From NCBI GenBank assembly GCA_003248775.1, contig QFQX01000023.1, forward strand, positions 940 to 64,939: a stretch of DNA of 64,000 nt. The letters are read 5' to 3'. The notes below the pieces were generated by a model, which made no database searches, was not told where the DNA came from, and saw only the letters and a program-made list of their open reading frames with translations. Position 1 is the first letter of the stretch; each line of letters opens with the position of its first letter. This DNA comes from Shinella sp. Lineage in GTDB: Bacteria > Pseudomonadota > Alphaproteobacteria > Rhizobiales > Rhizobiaceae. Below are positions 26,747-35,684 of the stretch, one piece after another. Made by a program: the position numbers and the translations under genes.

Positions 26747-26793
26747 TTCCTAATCTGGGGGTCGCGCGTTCGAATCGCGCCGGGATCACCATT
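26747..26793 (+). repeat. att direct repeat copy 2 (47 bp, tRNA-Arg 3' fragment)
   Basis: Identical to 14608-14654. It lacks the 5' half of the tRNA, so it is an att scar and not a gene. Confidence 0.95.
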
Positions 26794-26889
26794 GGCCCCT
26801 TTAAGCACATAATCAGACCCGAAGCCGGCAAGTTAGCCGTGGATATTTACCAACATTTGAGATTTCCCTAATCAAGCGGGACTTACATC

Positions 26890-27240
26890 TTGATCCCAAA
26901 TGGAACATCCGGGATGATCTTATGGTTATCATTGCTGTGGGGGGCCGCGGTGCAGAACGAAATCGGCATCTTTGGGTTTGAGATCCGTGCCCTGCAGAAG
27001 ATGGGGTGGCCGCTGTGGCTTCTCGCCATCTTCGCCTTCGTCGTCCTTCTCGCTGCATTTCGCCGGATAACATCAAGGCCCCAAAACATCGAGACCACTT
27101 TCCGCAACACCTTCCGCCTTACGGACGACGAGATGATGGAATCCATCATCGAGTATTACATGGGAAAGCACGATTGCTGCAGGAAGGACGCCATGCGACA
27201 GCTTTTACGAGAAGTGGATCCGGAGTTGGTGCGGGCCTGA
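26890..27240 (+). CDS. small membrane protein (116 aa)
   Basis: Two hydrophobic segments (MILWLSLLWGAAV, WPLWLLAIFAFVVLLAAF). Lies in lower-GC DNA just outside attR. Start uncertain (TTG at 26890 or ATG at 26914). Confidence 0.4.
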   Translation: MIPNGTSGMILWLSLLWGAAVQNEIGIFGFEIRALQKMGWPLWLLAIFAFVVLLAAFRRITSRPQNIETTFRNTFRLTDDEMMESIIEYYMGKHDCCRKDAMRQLLREVDPELVRA

Positions 27241-27315
27241 TAACGCCCCTGAGTATCAAGTCATTTCACCTGCAATAAGGAATGTAACCTGCGGCGGGCT
27301 AACTCAAGCGAAAAC

Positions 27316-27480
27316 TCAATAGCATTTGGTTCCTTCGAAACTGCCGATGCTGGCTGTCAGCTGGCCGTCGAGATGTGGCGCGTTGTCCTGAAAGGCCCAC
27401 ACACCGATACCGATCAGACACGCCCACATGGCGAGTGAGATATTGGTTGCGAAAATGAGGGATTTCATCCTCGTGGTCAT
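27316..27480 (-). CDS. tiny membrane protein (54 aa)
   Basis: Hand-translated: MTTRMKSLIFATNISLAMWACLIGIGVWAFQDNAPHLDGQLTASIGSFEGTKCY. AGGAG lies 10 nt upstream. Below the ORF-track cut-off. Confidence 0.35.
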   Translation of the reverse strand: MTTRMKSLIFATNISLAMWACLIGIGVWAFQDNAPHLDGQLTASIGSFEGTKCY

Positions 27481-27735
27481 GGTCGGTCGCTCCTGGATCA
27501 GTCAGGAACAGAATGACGCGGATGCTTTTGAGTCCGCTTAAGTCGATTGCTAAAATGCAATCTATCTGCACGATTTCCCTGCCACGCGCCTGAACAAGTG
27601 CCTTTCCGGCAGTAAGCAAGCCAGCCCAGCCCCTGGAAACAGCCGCAGTTTTCCGCCCTCGGCGACGCCAGACGCGACCGGACGTTCCTGCCGTTACGGC
27701 AGGCGTTTCCATGATGAAAGGTCGCCGTTTTCTCA

Positions 27736-27760
27736 GGAACCACCCAGCACTGGAGACGTT
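27736..27760 (+). promoter_or_regulatory. ECF (EcfG-type) promoter GGAAC-N16-CGTT
   Basis: GGAAC (27736-27740), exactly 16 nt, then CGTT (27757-27760). It ends 46 nt before the proposed sigma-factor start. Confidence 0.6.
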
Positions 27761-27806
27761 AAGGGAGAATCTTTCGTCCATCCGTTTGCCATGGAGGGTG
27801 ACGACA

Positions 27807-28331
27807 TTGGCAACCCGCACAACACGGCGCGATGCGCAAATGGAAGTGGTGGACCTGATCCCCGCGCTGCGGGCCTTCGCCAGAACCTTCTGCTCGAAAG
27901 CGGAAGACGTCGACGATCTCGTACAGGAAACGCTGCTGAACGCACTTGCCAACCTCGACAAGTTCGAGCCCGGCACGCGGCTGAAATCATGGCTGTTCAC
28001 CATCATGCGCAACAGCTTCTGCACGCGCATTCGTCGCCGCAGCCGCGAGAGCGTCGGCCTGCCGGACGATATTGCCGAACACCTGACAATCGAGGCAAGT
28101 CAGGACTGGTGCGCACAGGCTGACGATGTGCGCAGGGCGCTCTACCGTCTGCCGGAGCATCACAGGGAAATGCTGATCCTGATCGTCATGCTCGGAGAGC
28201 GCTACAGGGATGCGGCCGATATCTGCGGATGTCCCATGGGAACCGTGAAAAGCCGTCTCAACCGCGCACGCATGCAGTTGCGAAGGGAACTGGGTGAGCG
28301 ACCGGAAGAGATGAGCCGACCCTACCTCTAA
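27807..28331 (+). CDS. ECF-family RNA polymerase sigma factor
   Basis: Region 2 (DDLVQETLLNALANLDKFEPGTRLKSWLFTIMRNSF) and region 4 (EMLILIVMLGERYRDAADICGCPMGTVKSRLNRAR). TTG start at 27807 chosen because GGAGG lies 9 nt upstream and the ECF promoter lies inside the longer ORF. The ATG at 27840 is an alternative. Confidence 0.8.
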   Translation: MATRTTRRDAQMEVVDLIPALRAFARTFCSKAEDVDDLVQETLLNALANLDKFEPGTRLKSWLFTIMRNSFCTRIRRRSRESVGLPDDIAEHLTIEASQDWCAQADDVRRALYRLPEHHREMLILIVMLGERYRDAADICGCPMGTVKSRLNRARMQLRRELGERPEEMSRPYL

Positions 28332-28415
28332 GAATGCAGCTTTATCGCCGAGTAAGTCCTCCGGCCGAAAGAGCGTCGGCTTATGCAACATCATGCATTG
28401 TCGGCTATGCAGCAA

Positions 28416-28441
28416 CGAGGCCCGGTTTGCACCGGGCCTCG
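28416..28441. terminator. 10-bp perfect hairpin between convergent genes
   Basis: CGAGGCCCGG-tttgca-CCGGGCCTCG between the sigma stop and the DUF892 stop. No clear U-tract on either strand. Confidence 0.45.
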
Positions 28442-28457
28442 CAATGTCCGAACCCTG

Positions 28458-28958
28458 TCAGGCAGCTTTCTTGCGTGCGGCGACATTGACCGCGCTTTCG
28501 GCAAGCTTGGTCAAGGCGTCGTCCGTGTCGCTCTCCTCCTCGAGGGTAGCCTCGAGCAGGGTCACCGCGTCCCGGTGCCCGAGTTGCCTCGCCCAGGCCC
28601 GCAAGGTGCCGTAGCGGCTGATCTCGTAATGCTCGACCGCCTGCGCCGCCGCCAACAGGCCGGCATCGAGAGCCGGCGTTCCCTTGAACTCATCGAGAAT
28701 TTCTTCGCCTTCCTCGATGATGCCGTCAATTGCCGGACACGTCTTGGCGCGGGGGCGCTTGCCGATGATTTCGAAGACCTGCTGCAGGCGCTCGACCTGG
28801 CCTTCGGTCTCTTCCTTGTGTTTCTCGAAAGCCGCCTTCAACCTCGGATCCTGCGCACCGCGCGCCATCTTCGGCAAGGCCTTCAGGATCTTACGCTCGG
28901 CGTAGTAGATGTCCTTCAGGGTCTCGTGAAACAAATCGTCCAGTGTCTTCTGTGTCAT
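28458..28958 (-). CDS. DUF892 / YciE-YciF ferritin-like stress protein
   Basis: MTQKTLDDLFHETLKDIYYAERKILKALPKMA... and AQAVEHYEISRYGTL are the typical DUF892 signature. Confidence 0.85.
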   Translation of the reverse strand: MTQKTLDDLFHETLKDIYYAERKILKALPKMARGAQDPRLKAAFEKHKEETEGQVERLQQVFEIIGKRPRAKTCPAIDGIIEEGEEILDEFKGTPALDAGLLAAAQAVEHYEISRYGTLRAWARQLGHRDAVTLLEATLEEESDTDDALTKLAESAVNVAARKKAA

Positions 28959-28998
28959 CGCCGCTATCTCCTCATCGCGTTGAAAATCACAGTTTCAG

Positions 28999-29023
28999 AA
29001 CCACGCAGGGACGGCTTTGTTCC
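28999..29023 (-). promoter_or_regulatory. near-consensus ECF-type promoter GGAAC-N16-GGTT
   Basis: The minus strand reads GGAAC aaagccgtccctgcgt GGTT, about 40 nt upstream of the DUF892 ATG. The -10 deviates by one base from CGTT. Confidence 0.4.
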
Positions 29024-29048
29024 GGAAAAACAAGAAAACGCGAATATA

Positions 29049-30893
29049 TCAACCGCGCAGCGCCCGCAGGGCGTTCAGGATCACCGCGACGTCGACCAGT
29101 TCCTGCAACAGCGCGCCCTGGACAGGAGGAAGATAACCGAAAGCGGCAACGACCATCGCAACCAGCGACAAGGCGAGACCGGCCAGAACGCTTTGCCGCG
29201 CGATCCTTCGCGCCCTTCGGGCAATCGCCAATGCCTGCGGAAGACGATCCAGCATATCGACGAGCAATACCACGTCGGCGGTTTCGGAGGATGCCGCAGC
29301 ACCTCGGGCACCCATGGCCACCCCCACATCTGCCGCAGCCAGCGCCGGAGCATCGTTGACACCGTCCCCGATCATCATCACCGGACCGTTCTTTCGTTCG
29401 GCCAGCACGATCTCGACCTTCTCTCCCGGTAACAGGCCACCACGGATCTCGTCGACGCCCAGCAGCCTACCTGCAGCTTCCACGACATCGGCGCGATCGC
29501 CGGAAGCAAGCACGAAACGCCGGACTCCCTGTGCACGGAAGGCCTTGATCGCCAGACCCGCATCCGCGCGAAGACGGTCCGAGAGAAGAATGATGCCCGC
29601 CACCTTGCCATCGACACCCAGCGCGACAACCGCGGTTCCGGGCGGCAGATCGCGCCCCAGCATATAGGGATCGCCGACCGAACATCGCTCATGCACGAAG
29701 TCGCTTCCGCCAACCACCACGGAGCGCCCGTCGAGCTGGCCCTCCAGACCGGAACCGGGCGTCTCCACGATATCGGCGGGAGTGGAAAGCACCATGCCCC
29801 GGGCCCGAGCCTCCCGCACCAACGCTTCGGCGCTGACATGGTTGGAAGCCTGGTCAAGCGACGCCGCAAGCCTCAGTACCTCGCCCTCCGGAACGACACC
29901 GGTCGTGCGGATCGCGACCACTCCTGCCTGTCCGCTGGTCAGTGTACCCGTCTTGTCGAGAACCGCCGTCCGGATTCTGGCAAGCGATTCGAGCGCGCCA
30001 CCGCTCTTGACCAGCACGCCACGGGAAGCCGCCCGCGACAGGCCTGAAATGATTGCAACCGGCACGGCGAGAATGAGCGGACAGGGCGTCGCAACGACCA
30101 GAACCGCAAGCGCCCTTGTTCCCTCACCGCTCGCCCACCACGCCGCGCCCGCAATTGCAAGCGTCAGCAACAGGAACCAGACGGCATAGTGATCGGCCAG
30201 TCGCATGATCGGTGCACGGCTTTGCTGGGCACCCTCCACCAGCCGCACGATACCGGCATAGGTGCTCTCGTCGGAGCGCCGCAAGACCTCGACATCGAAG
30301 GCGCCGCCGACCACCGTGCCCCCGCTCGCCACTTCGTCCCGCCGGGCGAGCCGGACGGGAAGCGCCTCCCCTGTCAGCGCCGACATATCGACATCCGCCC
30401 GCTCGGACAGAAGCAGCCCATCGACGGGCACGACCTCGCCACGGCGCACGAGGATATGGTCGCCGGGACAGAGATCCTCGATCGGAACTTCTTCCAGCCG
30501 CCCGTCGACATAGCGCATGGCGGTATGCGCCACACGGCCGAGAAGCGCTGTCATTTCGCGCCGCGCACGACCTTCGGCAAAGTTTTCAAGCTGCTGCCCG
30601 CCGGCATACATCAGCGCCACGATGGCGCCGGCCAGAGGCTCACCGAAGACAAGCGCGGCAGACATGGAGAGCCCTGCGATCACATCGACACCGAAATGCC
30701 CTTTGGCCAGCGATCGCAGGATTTCCACTGCAAGTGCGGCAAGAACAACTCCTGTTCCCGCAAACCAGGCAAGCGACGCAAGATCGGGTCGACCGAGGAA
30801 AAGGAAAAGTCCGCCGCCGCCAAGCGCGAAAAGCGCCAGCACAGCCAGAACTGCGGCACTATAGTCGTGCACGAACGTCGAAATGCTTCTCAT
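29049..30893 (-). CDS. P1B-type heavy-metal P-type ATPase with TPCP transmembrane motif, no soluble metal-binding domain
   Basis: DKTGTLT, GDGVNDAPAL and a TM motif VVATPCPLILAVP. About 614 aa beginning directly with TM helices. Start at the ATG at 30891-30893 (a GTG at 30902 is possible). Confidence 0.85.
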   Translation of the reverse strand: MRSISTFVHDYSAAVLAVLALFALGGGGLFLFLGRPDLASLAWFAGTGVVLAALAVEILRSLAKGHFGVDVIAGLSMSAALVFGEPLAGAIVALMYAGGQQLENFAEGRARREMTALLGRVAHTAMRYVDGRLEEVPIEDLCPGDHILVRRGEVVPVDGLLLSERADVDMSALTGEALPVRLARRDEVASGGTVVGGAFDVEVLRRSDESTYAGIVRLVEGAQQSRAPIMRLADHYAVWFLLLTLAIAGAAWWASGEGTRALAVLVVATPCPLILAVPVAIISGLSRAASRGVLVKSGGALESLARIRTAVLDKTGTLTSGQAGVVAIRTTGVVPEGEVLRLAASLDQASNHVSAEALVREARARGMVLSTPADIVETPGSGLEGQLDGRSVVVGGSDFVHERCSVGDPYMLGRDLPPGTAVVALGVDGKVAGIILLSDRLRADAGLAIKAFRAQGVRRFVLASGDRADVVEAAGRLLGVDEIRGGLLPGEKVEIVLAERKNGPVMMIGDGVNDAPALAAADVGVAMGARGAAASSETADVVLLVDMLDRLPQALAIARRARRIARQSVLAGLALSLVAMVVAAFGYLPPVQGALLQELVDVAVILNALRALRG

Positions 30894-31010
30894 AGTGCCC
30901 ACTCCGGCTTTCGCCAGCGATAGTGCAGCGGCTCCAACATTGTAAGCAATACTTGCCGCCTGCCGCTTTCCCTTGTAGACGGATCGGCAAATGAAGCAAT
31001 CTCCGGATAA

Positions 31011-32210
31011 ATGCAGATGACGACGGAAACCGGAAGGCCGCGGCGCCTCACAATCCTCGGTTCGACCGGTTCGATCGGCGTCAACACCCTTGATGTCGTC
31101 CGCCAGCTCGGTGGCAGGGATGCGTTCGAAGTGATGGCACTCACCGGCAACGGCAACATCGAGCTTCTGGCGCAGCAGGCGCGCGAGACCGGCGCGAAGC
31201 TCGCGGTTACCGCCGACGAGAGCCAGTACATGACGCTGAAGGATGCGCTTTCCGGCAGCGGCGTCGATGTGGCTGCAGGCGTATCAGGGCTGGATGAAGC
31301 TGCAAGTCTGGAAGCCGAATGGGTCATGGCGGCAATCGTCGGCACGGCGGGGCTTGCCCCGACGCTGAAGGCAGCAAGCCGCGGCGCCGACATCGCACTC
31401 GCCAACAAGGAATGCCTGGTCTCTGCAGGCGAACTCTTCGTCGAGGCCGTCAAGGCCGGCGGCGGCCGTTTGATCCCGGTCGACAGCGAACACAGCGCGA
31501 TCTTCCAGTGTCTCGACAACGACCAGCGACACGCGCTGGAGCGGATCGTGCTCACCGCCTCGGGCGGTCCGTTTCGCACCTATACCCGCGAGCAGATGGC
31601 GAATGTCACCGTCGAGACCGCCAGAACCCATCCCAACTGGTCGATGGGCCTGAAGATCTCCGTCGGCAGCGCCTCGATGTTCAACAAGGCGCTGGAGATG
31701 GTCGAGGCCAAGCATCTCTTCGGCCTTCGTCCCGATCAGGTCGAGGTGATCGTCCACCCGCAGTCCATCGTCCATTCCATGGTCGGTTACAGCGACGGCT
31801 CCGTCATTGCCCAGCTCGGCGCGCCGGATATGCGCACCGCGATCGGCTATGCGCTGACCTATCCGAAACGCCCGAAGCTGGATGTGGAGCGGCTCGACTT
31901 CGCAAAGCTCGCGCGTCTCGATTTCGAAGCGCCTGACGAGAAGCGCTTTCCGGCGCTACGGCTTGCCCGTACCGCGATGGAGCGCGGCGGCGTTCAGGCC
32001 GCCGTCATGAATGCCGCGGAAGAAACCGCCTTCAACGCCTTCATCGCAAGCCGGATTGGCTTTCTCGGCATGGCGGAAATCGTCGAAGACGTGATGGAAA
32101 GGCTCATTTCATTGCCGCCGGCAAGGACCATTGCGGAAGTTTACGCAGCAGACTCGGAGGCGAGACGAACCGCCGCCCAGGTCATCGCGATCCGGGAACA
32201 GGCGGCCTGA
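31011..32210 (+). CDS. dxr: 1-deoxy-D-xylulose 5-phosphate reductoisomerase
   Basis: LTILGSTGSIGVNTLDV NADPH motif and conserved Dxr body (NKECLVSAG, DSEHSAIFQC). Confidence 0.92.
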   Translation: MQMTTETGRPRRLTILGSTGSIGVNTLDVVRQLGGRDAFEVMALTGNGNIELLAQQARETGAKLAVTADESQYMTLKDALSGSGVDVAAGVSGLDEAASLEAEWVMAAIVGTAGLAPTLKAASRGADIALANKECLVSAGELFVEAVKAGGGRLIPVDSEHSAIFQCLDNDQRHALERIVLTASGGPFRTYTREQMANVTVETARTHPNWSMGLKISVGSASMFNKALEMVEAKHLFGLRPDQVEVIVHPQSIVHSMVGYSDGSVIAQLGAPDMRTAIGYALTYPKRPKLDVERLDFAKLARLDFEAPDEKRFPALRLARTAMERGGVQAAVMNAAEETAFNAFIASRIGFLGMAEIVEDVMERLISLPPARTIAEVYAADSEARRTAAQVIAIREQAA

Positions 32211-32232
32211 TCCTCAGGCCGTCAAATCACCC

Positions 32233-33354
32233 TCAGCGGTGCCCGTAGACGGCGCGGCGCAGCATTTCGGGATAGAACCCCATGCAGCCTTCCAGCGCCG
32301 TGTTCGTCATGCTGACAACGGTCAGGCCTTCAGCGGGATCGATGAACCAGCTATTGCCGTAGACGCCGCCCCATTGCACGGCGCCAGGTGGCAGCACGGT
32401 TCCCGCCTCGCGCGAATCTGTGATCACCGCTCCGAAGAAACCGAACCGCGCACCGGGTTCGCCCTCGATATCCCCGATCTGGTTGGAGAGGCCGGCCCTG
32501 ACGGTCTCGGATTTAAGGATCGGTGCACCGCCGGTGCGAAGCGTCTCCAGAAGCTTGAGAAGATCATCCGCCGTGCCCGCCATACCGGCGCCACCGGACT
32601 GGAACGCCTTCGGATTGAAGATCCGCGAAGGAGAAAAGACGGCCCTCCAGCCGGCATCTTCCCCGGCAACCCAGGGATTGGGCATCCTGACCGGCCGCGC
32701 CGGGCCATCTCCATAGGCCACCGTCAGGCGCTCGGGATCGGTGACATGAAAACGCGCATCCCGCATTCCAAGTGGACCCGCAACGTAGTGAACCACGGCC
32801 GCTTCCAGAGTGTCGCCATGCACGGCGGCCACGACACCGCCAAGGATATCCGTCGCGAAGGAGTAGGCCCAACGCTCGCCCGGCGCAAAGGCGAGCGGAA
32901 TATCATTGTGACGCGCGAAGTTCTCCTCCAGCCCGAGATCCGTGTCGGCAATTCCGAGCGTAATCGCCCTGTCATCGGGAAGAAGCTCCAGCCCCTGATC
33001 ATAGACGAGACCGGAGGTGTGGGTGAGGAGGTGCCGGATGGTGATCGACGCTTCGATCCCGTCGTCCGTCTTCGGCCGGAACCAGGGGAGATACTGCGAA
33101 ACCCGATCATCGAGCCCGAACAGCCCCGCATCGATCATCGCCAGCGCCGTTGCCGCCACGATAGGCTTGGTGATAGACGAATAACGAAAGATGCTGTCGA
33201 TCTGCATGGGGATACCGACTTCCCGATCCGAGAACCCGGCAGCGCGCCTCAACAATGGCTCGCCGTTGCGATAGACCAACACGACAGCGCCGGTAATGCG
33301 CTCCTGCTCGACAGCCTGATCGATCATCCGGTTGACGCGGTCGGCAACACTCAT
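32233..33354 (-). CDS. serine hydrolase (class C beta-lactamase/esterase family)
   Basis: 373 aa with SxxK nucleophile motif SITKPIVA. Beta-lactamase-fold family pattern. Confidence 0.75.
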   Translation of the reverse strand: MSVADRVNRMIDQAVEQERITGAVVLVYRNGEPLLRRAAGFSDREVGIPMQIDSIFRYSSITKPIVAATALAMIDAGLFGLDDRVSQYLPWFRPKTDDGIEASITIRHLLTHTSGLVYDQGLELLPDDRAITLGIADTDLGLEENFARHNDIPLAFAPGERWAYSFATDILGGVVAAVHGDTLEAAVVHYVAGPLGMRDARFHVTDPERLTVAYGDGPARPVRMPNPWVAGEDAGWRAVFSPSRIFNPKAFQSGGAGMAGTADDLLKLLETLRTGGAPILKSETVRAGLSNQIGDIEGEPGARFGFFGAVITDSREAGTVLPPGAVQWGGVYGNSWFIDPAEGLTVVSMTNTALEGCMGFYPEMLRRAVYGHR

Positions 33355-33369
33355 CCTTGGAAACCCCCG

Positions 33370-33406
33370 AAACGAAAAATGCGGACCATGTTTCCATGGT
33401 CCGCAT
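33370..33406 (-). terminator. rho-independent terminator of hemA
   Basis: 12-bp perfect stem ATGCGGACCATG / CATGGTCCGCAT with a 4-nt loop, followed on the minus strand by TTTTTCGTTTC. Confidence 0.8.
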
Positions 33407-33432
33407 CGGAATGACAGCGATTGTGCCGGCGA

Positions 33433-34647
33433 TCAAGCCACAGCGCGAGCAAGCGCGCAACGCGACCACAGCTGGTGCAACGCGCCGACCAGATGATCGA
33501 TATCGGCATCCGAATGCAGCGGCGTCGGCGTGATGCGCAGGCGCTCGGTCTTCTTCGGCACGGTCGGATAGTTGATCGGCTGGACGTAGATGTTGAAGTT
33601 GTCGAGCAGGATGTCCGAGATCCACTTGCACTTGGAAGCGTCGCCGACCATCACCGGAACGATGTGGCTCGGGTTCGGCATGTGCGGAATACCACGGGCA
33701 TCGAGCATGGAACGCAGGCGGCGGACACGTTCCTGATGGGCGAAGCGCTCGATCTGGCTCGTCTTCAGGTGACGGATCGAGGCAACAGCGCCGGCAGCCA
33801 GCGCCGGCGGCAGGGCAGTCGTGAAGATGAAGCCGGATGCGAAGGAGCGGATGAAGTCGCAGAGCGCGGTGGACGCCGTGATGTAGCCGCCCATGACGCC
33901 GAAGGCCTTGCCGAGCGTACCTTCGATGATCGTCAGGCGATCCATCAGGCCCTCGCGTTCGGCAACACCGCCACCACGCGGACCGTACATGCCGACGGCA
34001 TGTACTTCATCGAGATAGGTCATCGCGCCATACTTGTCGGCGAGATCGCAGATTTCCTTGATCGGCGAAATATCGCCATCCATCGAATAGACCGATTCGA
34101 AAGCGATCAGCTTCGGCGCCTTGGGATCGGCTGCCGCCAGCTTGGCTTCGAGGTCCTTGAGGTCGTTGTGCTTCCAGATCACCCGCTCGCACTTGGCATA
34201 GCGGATGCCCTCGATCATCGAGGCGTGGTTCAACGCATCGGAGAAGATGATGAGGCCGGGGATCTTCTGGCCGAGCGTACCGAGCGTCGCCCAGTTCGAA
34301 ATATAGCCGGAGGTGAAGATCAGCGCCGATTCCTTGCCGTGCAGGTCGGCAAGCTCGCGCTCGAGAAGGACGTGGTAGTGGTTTGTGCCAGAGATATTCC
34401 GGGTGCCTCCCGCACCCGCGCCACAGTGATCGATCGTCGATTTCATCGCCTCGATCACGGACGCGTTCTGGCCCATGCCCAGATAGTCGTTGGAACACCA
34501 GACGGTAACGTCATGCTGGCCATCCGCAGTGTAGCGCGTGGCGCGGGGAAAGTTGCCCTGCTGCCGTTCAAGATCCGCGAAAACCCGGTAACGTCCTTCT
34601 TCGTGAAGGCCTTCCAGCTCGCTCTTGAAAAACGCTTCGAAATCCAT
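33433..34647 (-). CDS. hemA: 5-aminolevulinate synthase
   Basis: [28 protein letters not shown]... with PLP-lysine context [15 protein letters not shown] at 34645-34647 with GGAG upstream. Confidence 0.92.
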   Translation of the reverse strand: MDFEAFFKSELEGLHEEGRYRVFADLERQQGNFPRATRYTADGQHDVTVWCSNDYLGMGQNASVIEAMKSTIDHCGAGAGGTRNISGTNHYHVLLERELADLHGKESALIFTSGYISNWATLGTLGQKIPGLIIFSDALNHASMIEGIRYAKCERVIWKHNDLKDLEAKLAAADPKAPKLIAFESVYSMDGDISPIKEICDLADKYGAMTYLDEVHAVGMYGPRGGGVAEREGLMDRLTIIEGTLGKAFGVMGGYITASTALCDFIRSFASGFIFTTALPPALAAGAVASIRHLKTSQIERFAHQERVRRLRSMLDARGIPHMPNPSHIVPVMVGDASKCKWISDILLDNFNIYVQPINYPTVPKKTERLRITPTPLHSDADIDHLVGALHQLWSRCALARAVA

Positions 34648-34815
34648 CGTCAAAACTCCAGCCTGCTGCTTCTCTTTTGGGATCCTGCGCGCCAGCGGTC
34701 AACCCCGGCATTGTAAATTCATTCTAAACTGCGACAAAAGGCGCGGTTTGGGGAATCTTTCCAGAGAAGTGCTAATCGATCGTCTCCATTTCAAACTTGA
34801 TCTGCATCAAGCTGG

Positions 34816-34841
34816 ATAAAAAAGGGCAGCCGGAGCCGCCC
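34816..34841 (-). terminator. rho-independent terminator after coxM-like gene
   Basis: The minus strand reads GGGCGGC-tccg-GCTGCCC followed by TTTTTTAT. Confidence 0.65.
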
Positions 34842-34868
34842 TTTCCCAATGTCGCAGTTCAAGGCAAC

Positions 34869-35669
34869 TCACGCTGCAGCAACGGCCCGCTTCGTCATCA
34901 CTTTCACCAGATTGGCGCGGTAATCCGCCGTCGCATGAAGATCAGCCATCAGATCGGACGAATCGACGGAGACACCTGCAATGGCCGCAGGCGACCAGTC
35001 ACGCGAAAGAGCCTCTTCGAGCCCGTCGTGACGGAAGACACCATCCGAACCGGCGCCGGTCACCGCCACGCGCACGCCCGATACCCCCTTGGACACGAAG
35101 ACGCCGGTCATTGCGAAGCGTGACGCCGGATTGGCGAATTTGGCATAGCCCGCCCTGTCGGGCGCGGTGAAGCGGACCGCCCGTATGATCTCGCCTTCCT
35201 CAAGCGCCGTCTCGAAAAGGCCAACGAAGAAATCGTCCGCGCCGATCTCGCGACGGTCGGTCACGATGGTTGCGCCGAGCCCGAGCATCGCCGCCGGATA
35301 ATCCGCCGCCGGATCGTCATTGGCGATCGATCCGCCGATCGTCCCGAGATGGCGCACATGGGGATCGCCGATCAGCGAAGCGAGATAGCAGACCGCCGGA
35401 CAGACAGAGCGGATGAGGCCCGATTCCGCCACTTCGGCATGGGTGACACCTGCTCCGATGGTCACCGTCCGGCCTTCGACCGCAATCCCCTTCAGGGCCG
35501 CGATGTGCCTAAGGTCGATCAGATCGGACGGCTGGGCGAGACGCTGCTTCAGCGTCGCGATCAGGGTCTGGCCACCGGCGATATACTTGCCGTCATCGGC
35601 CCCGGAAAGAAGCCGTCCGGCCTCCTCCAGCGAGGAGGCGCGATGATAGCTGGTTGGATAAAGCTGCAT
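34869..35669 (-). CDS. molybdo-dehydrogenase FAD-binding (medium) subunit, CoxM/CutM family
   Basis: 266 aa with an FAD_binding_5-type N-terminus (YIAGGQTLIATLK). Operon with large and small subunits. Confidence 0.8.
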   Translation of the reverse strand: MQLYPTSYHRASSLEEAGRLLSGADDGKYIAGGQTLIATLKQRLAQPSDLIDLRHIAALKGIAVEGRTVTIGAGVTHAEVAESGLIRSVCPAVCYLASLIGDPHVRHLGTIGGSIANDDPAADYPAAMLGLGATIVTDRREIGADDFFVGLFETALEEGEIIRAVRFTAPDRAGYAKFANPASRFAMTGVFVSKGVSGVRVAVTGAGSDGVFRHDGLEEALSRDWSPAAIAGVSVDSSDLMADLHATADYRANLVKVMTKRAVAAA

Positions 35670-35684
35670 GACACATCCTCCCTC

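Larger units (their letters stand above)
14608..26793. mobile_element. 12.2-kb tRNA-Arg-integrated phage-like element (head-only; candidate capsid-forming satellite or degraded prophage)
   Basis: Bounded by a perfect 47-bp direct repeat. Integrase abuts the tRNA. Contains a replication module plus terS/terL/portal/protease-capsid/gpW/DUF2190. No tail or lysis genes were recognised. Confidence 0.85.

Noticed and set aside
26599-26808. 69-aa minus-strand ORF next to the helicase gene
   Set aside because: It is built largely from the tRNA-derived att repeat read on the opposite strand, so it is not a plausible gene.
27711-27806. Upstream ATG at 27711 as the start of the ECF sigma factor
   Set aside because: The GGAAC-N16-CGTT promoter lies inside this extension. 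It also has no RBS, whereas GGAGG lies 9 nt before the TTG at 27807.
27299-28030. 243-aa minus-strand ORF
   Set aside because: It is antisense to the ECF sigma gene and has no motifs. Only its 3' region in another frame gives a plausible 54-aa membrane ORF.
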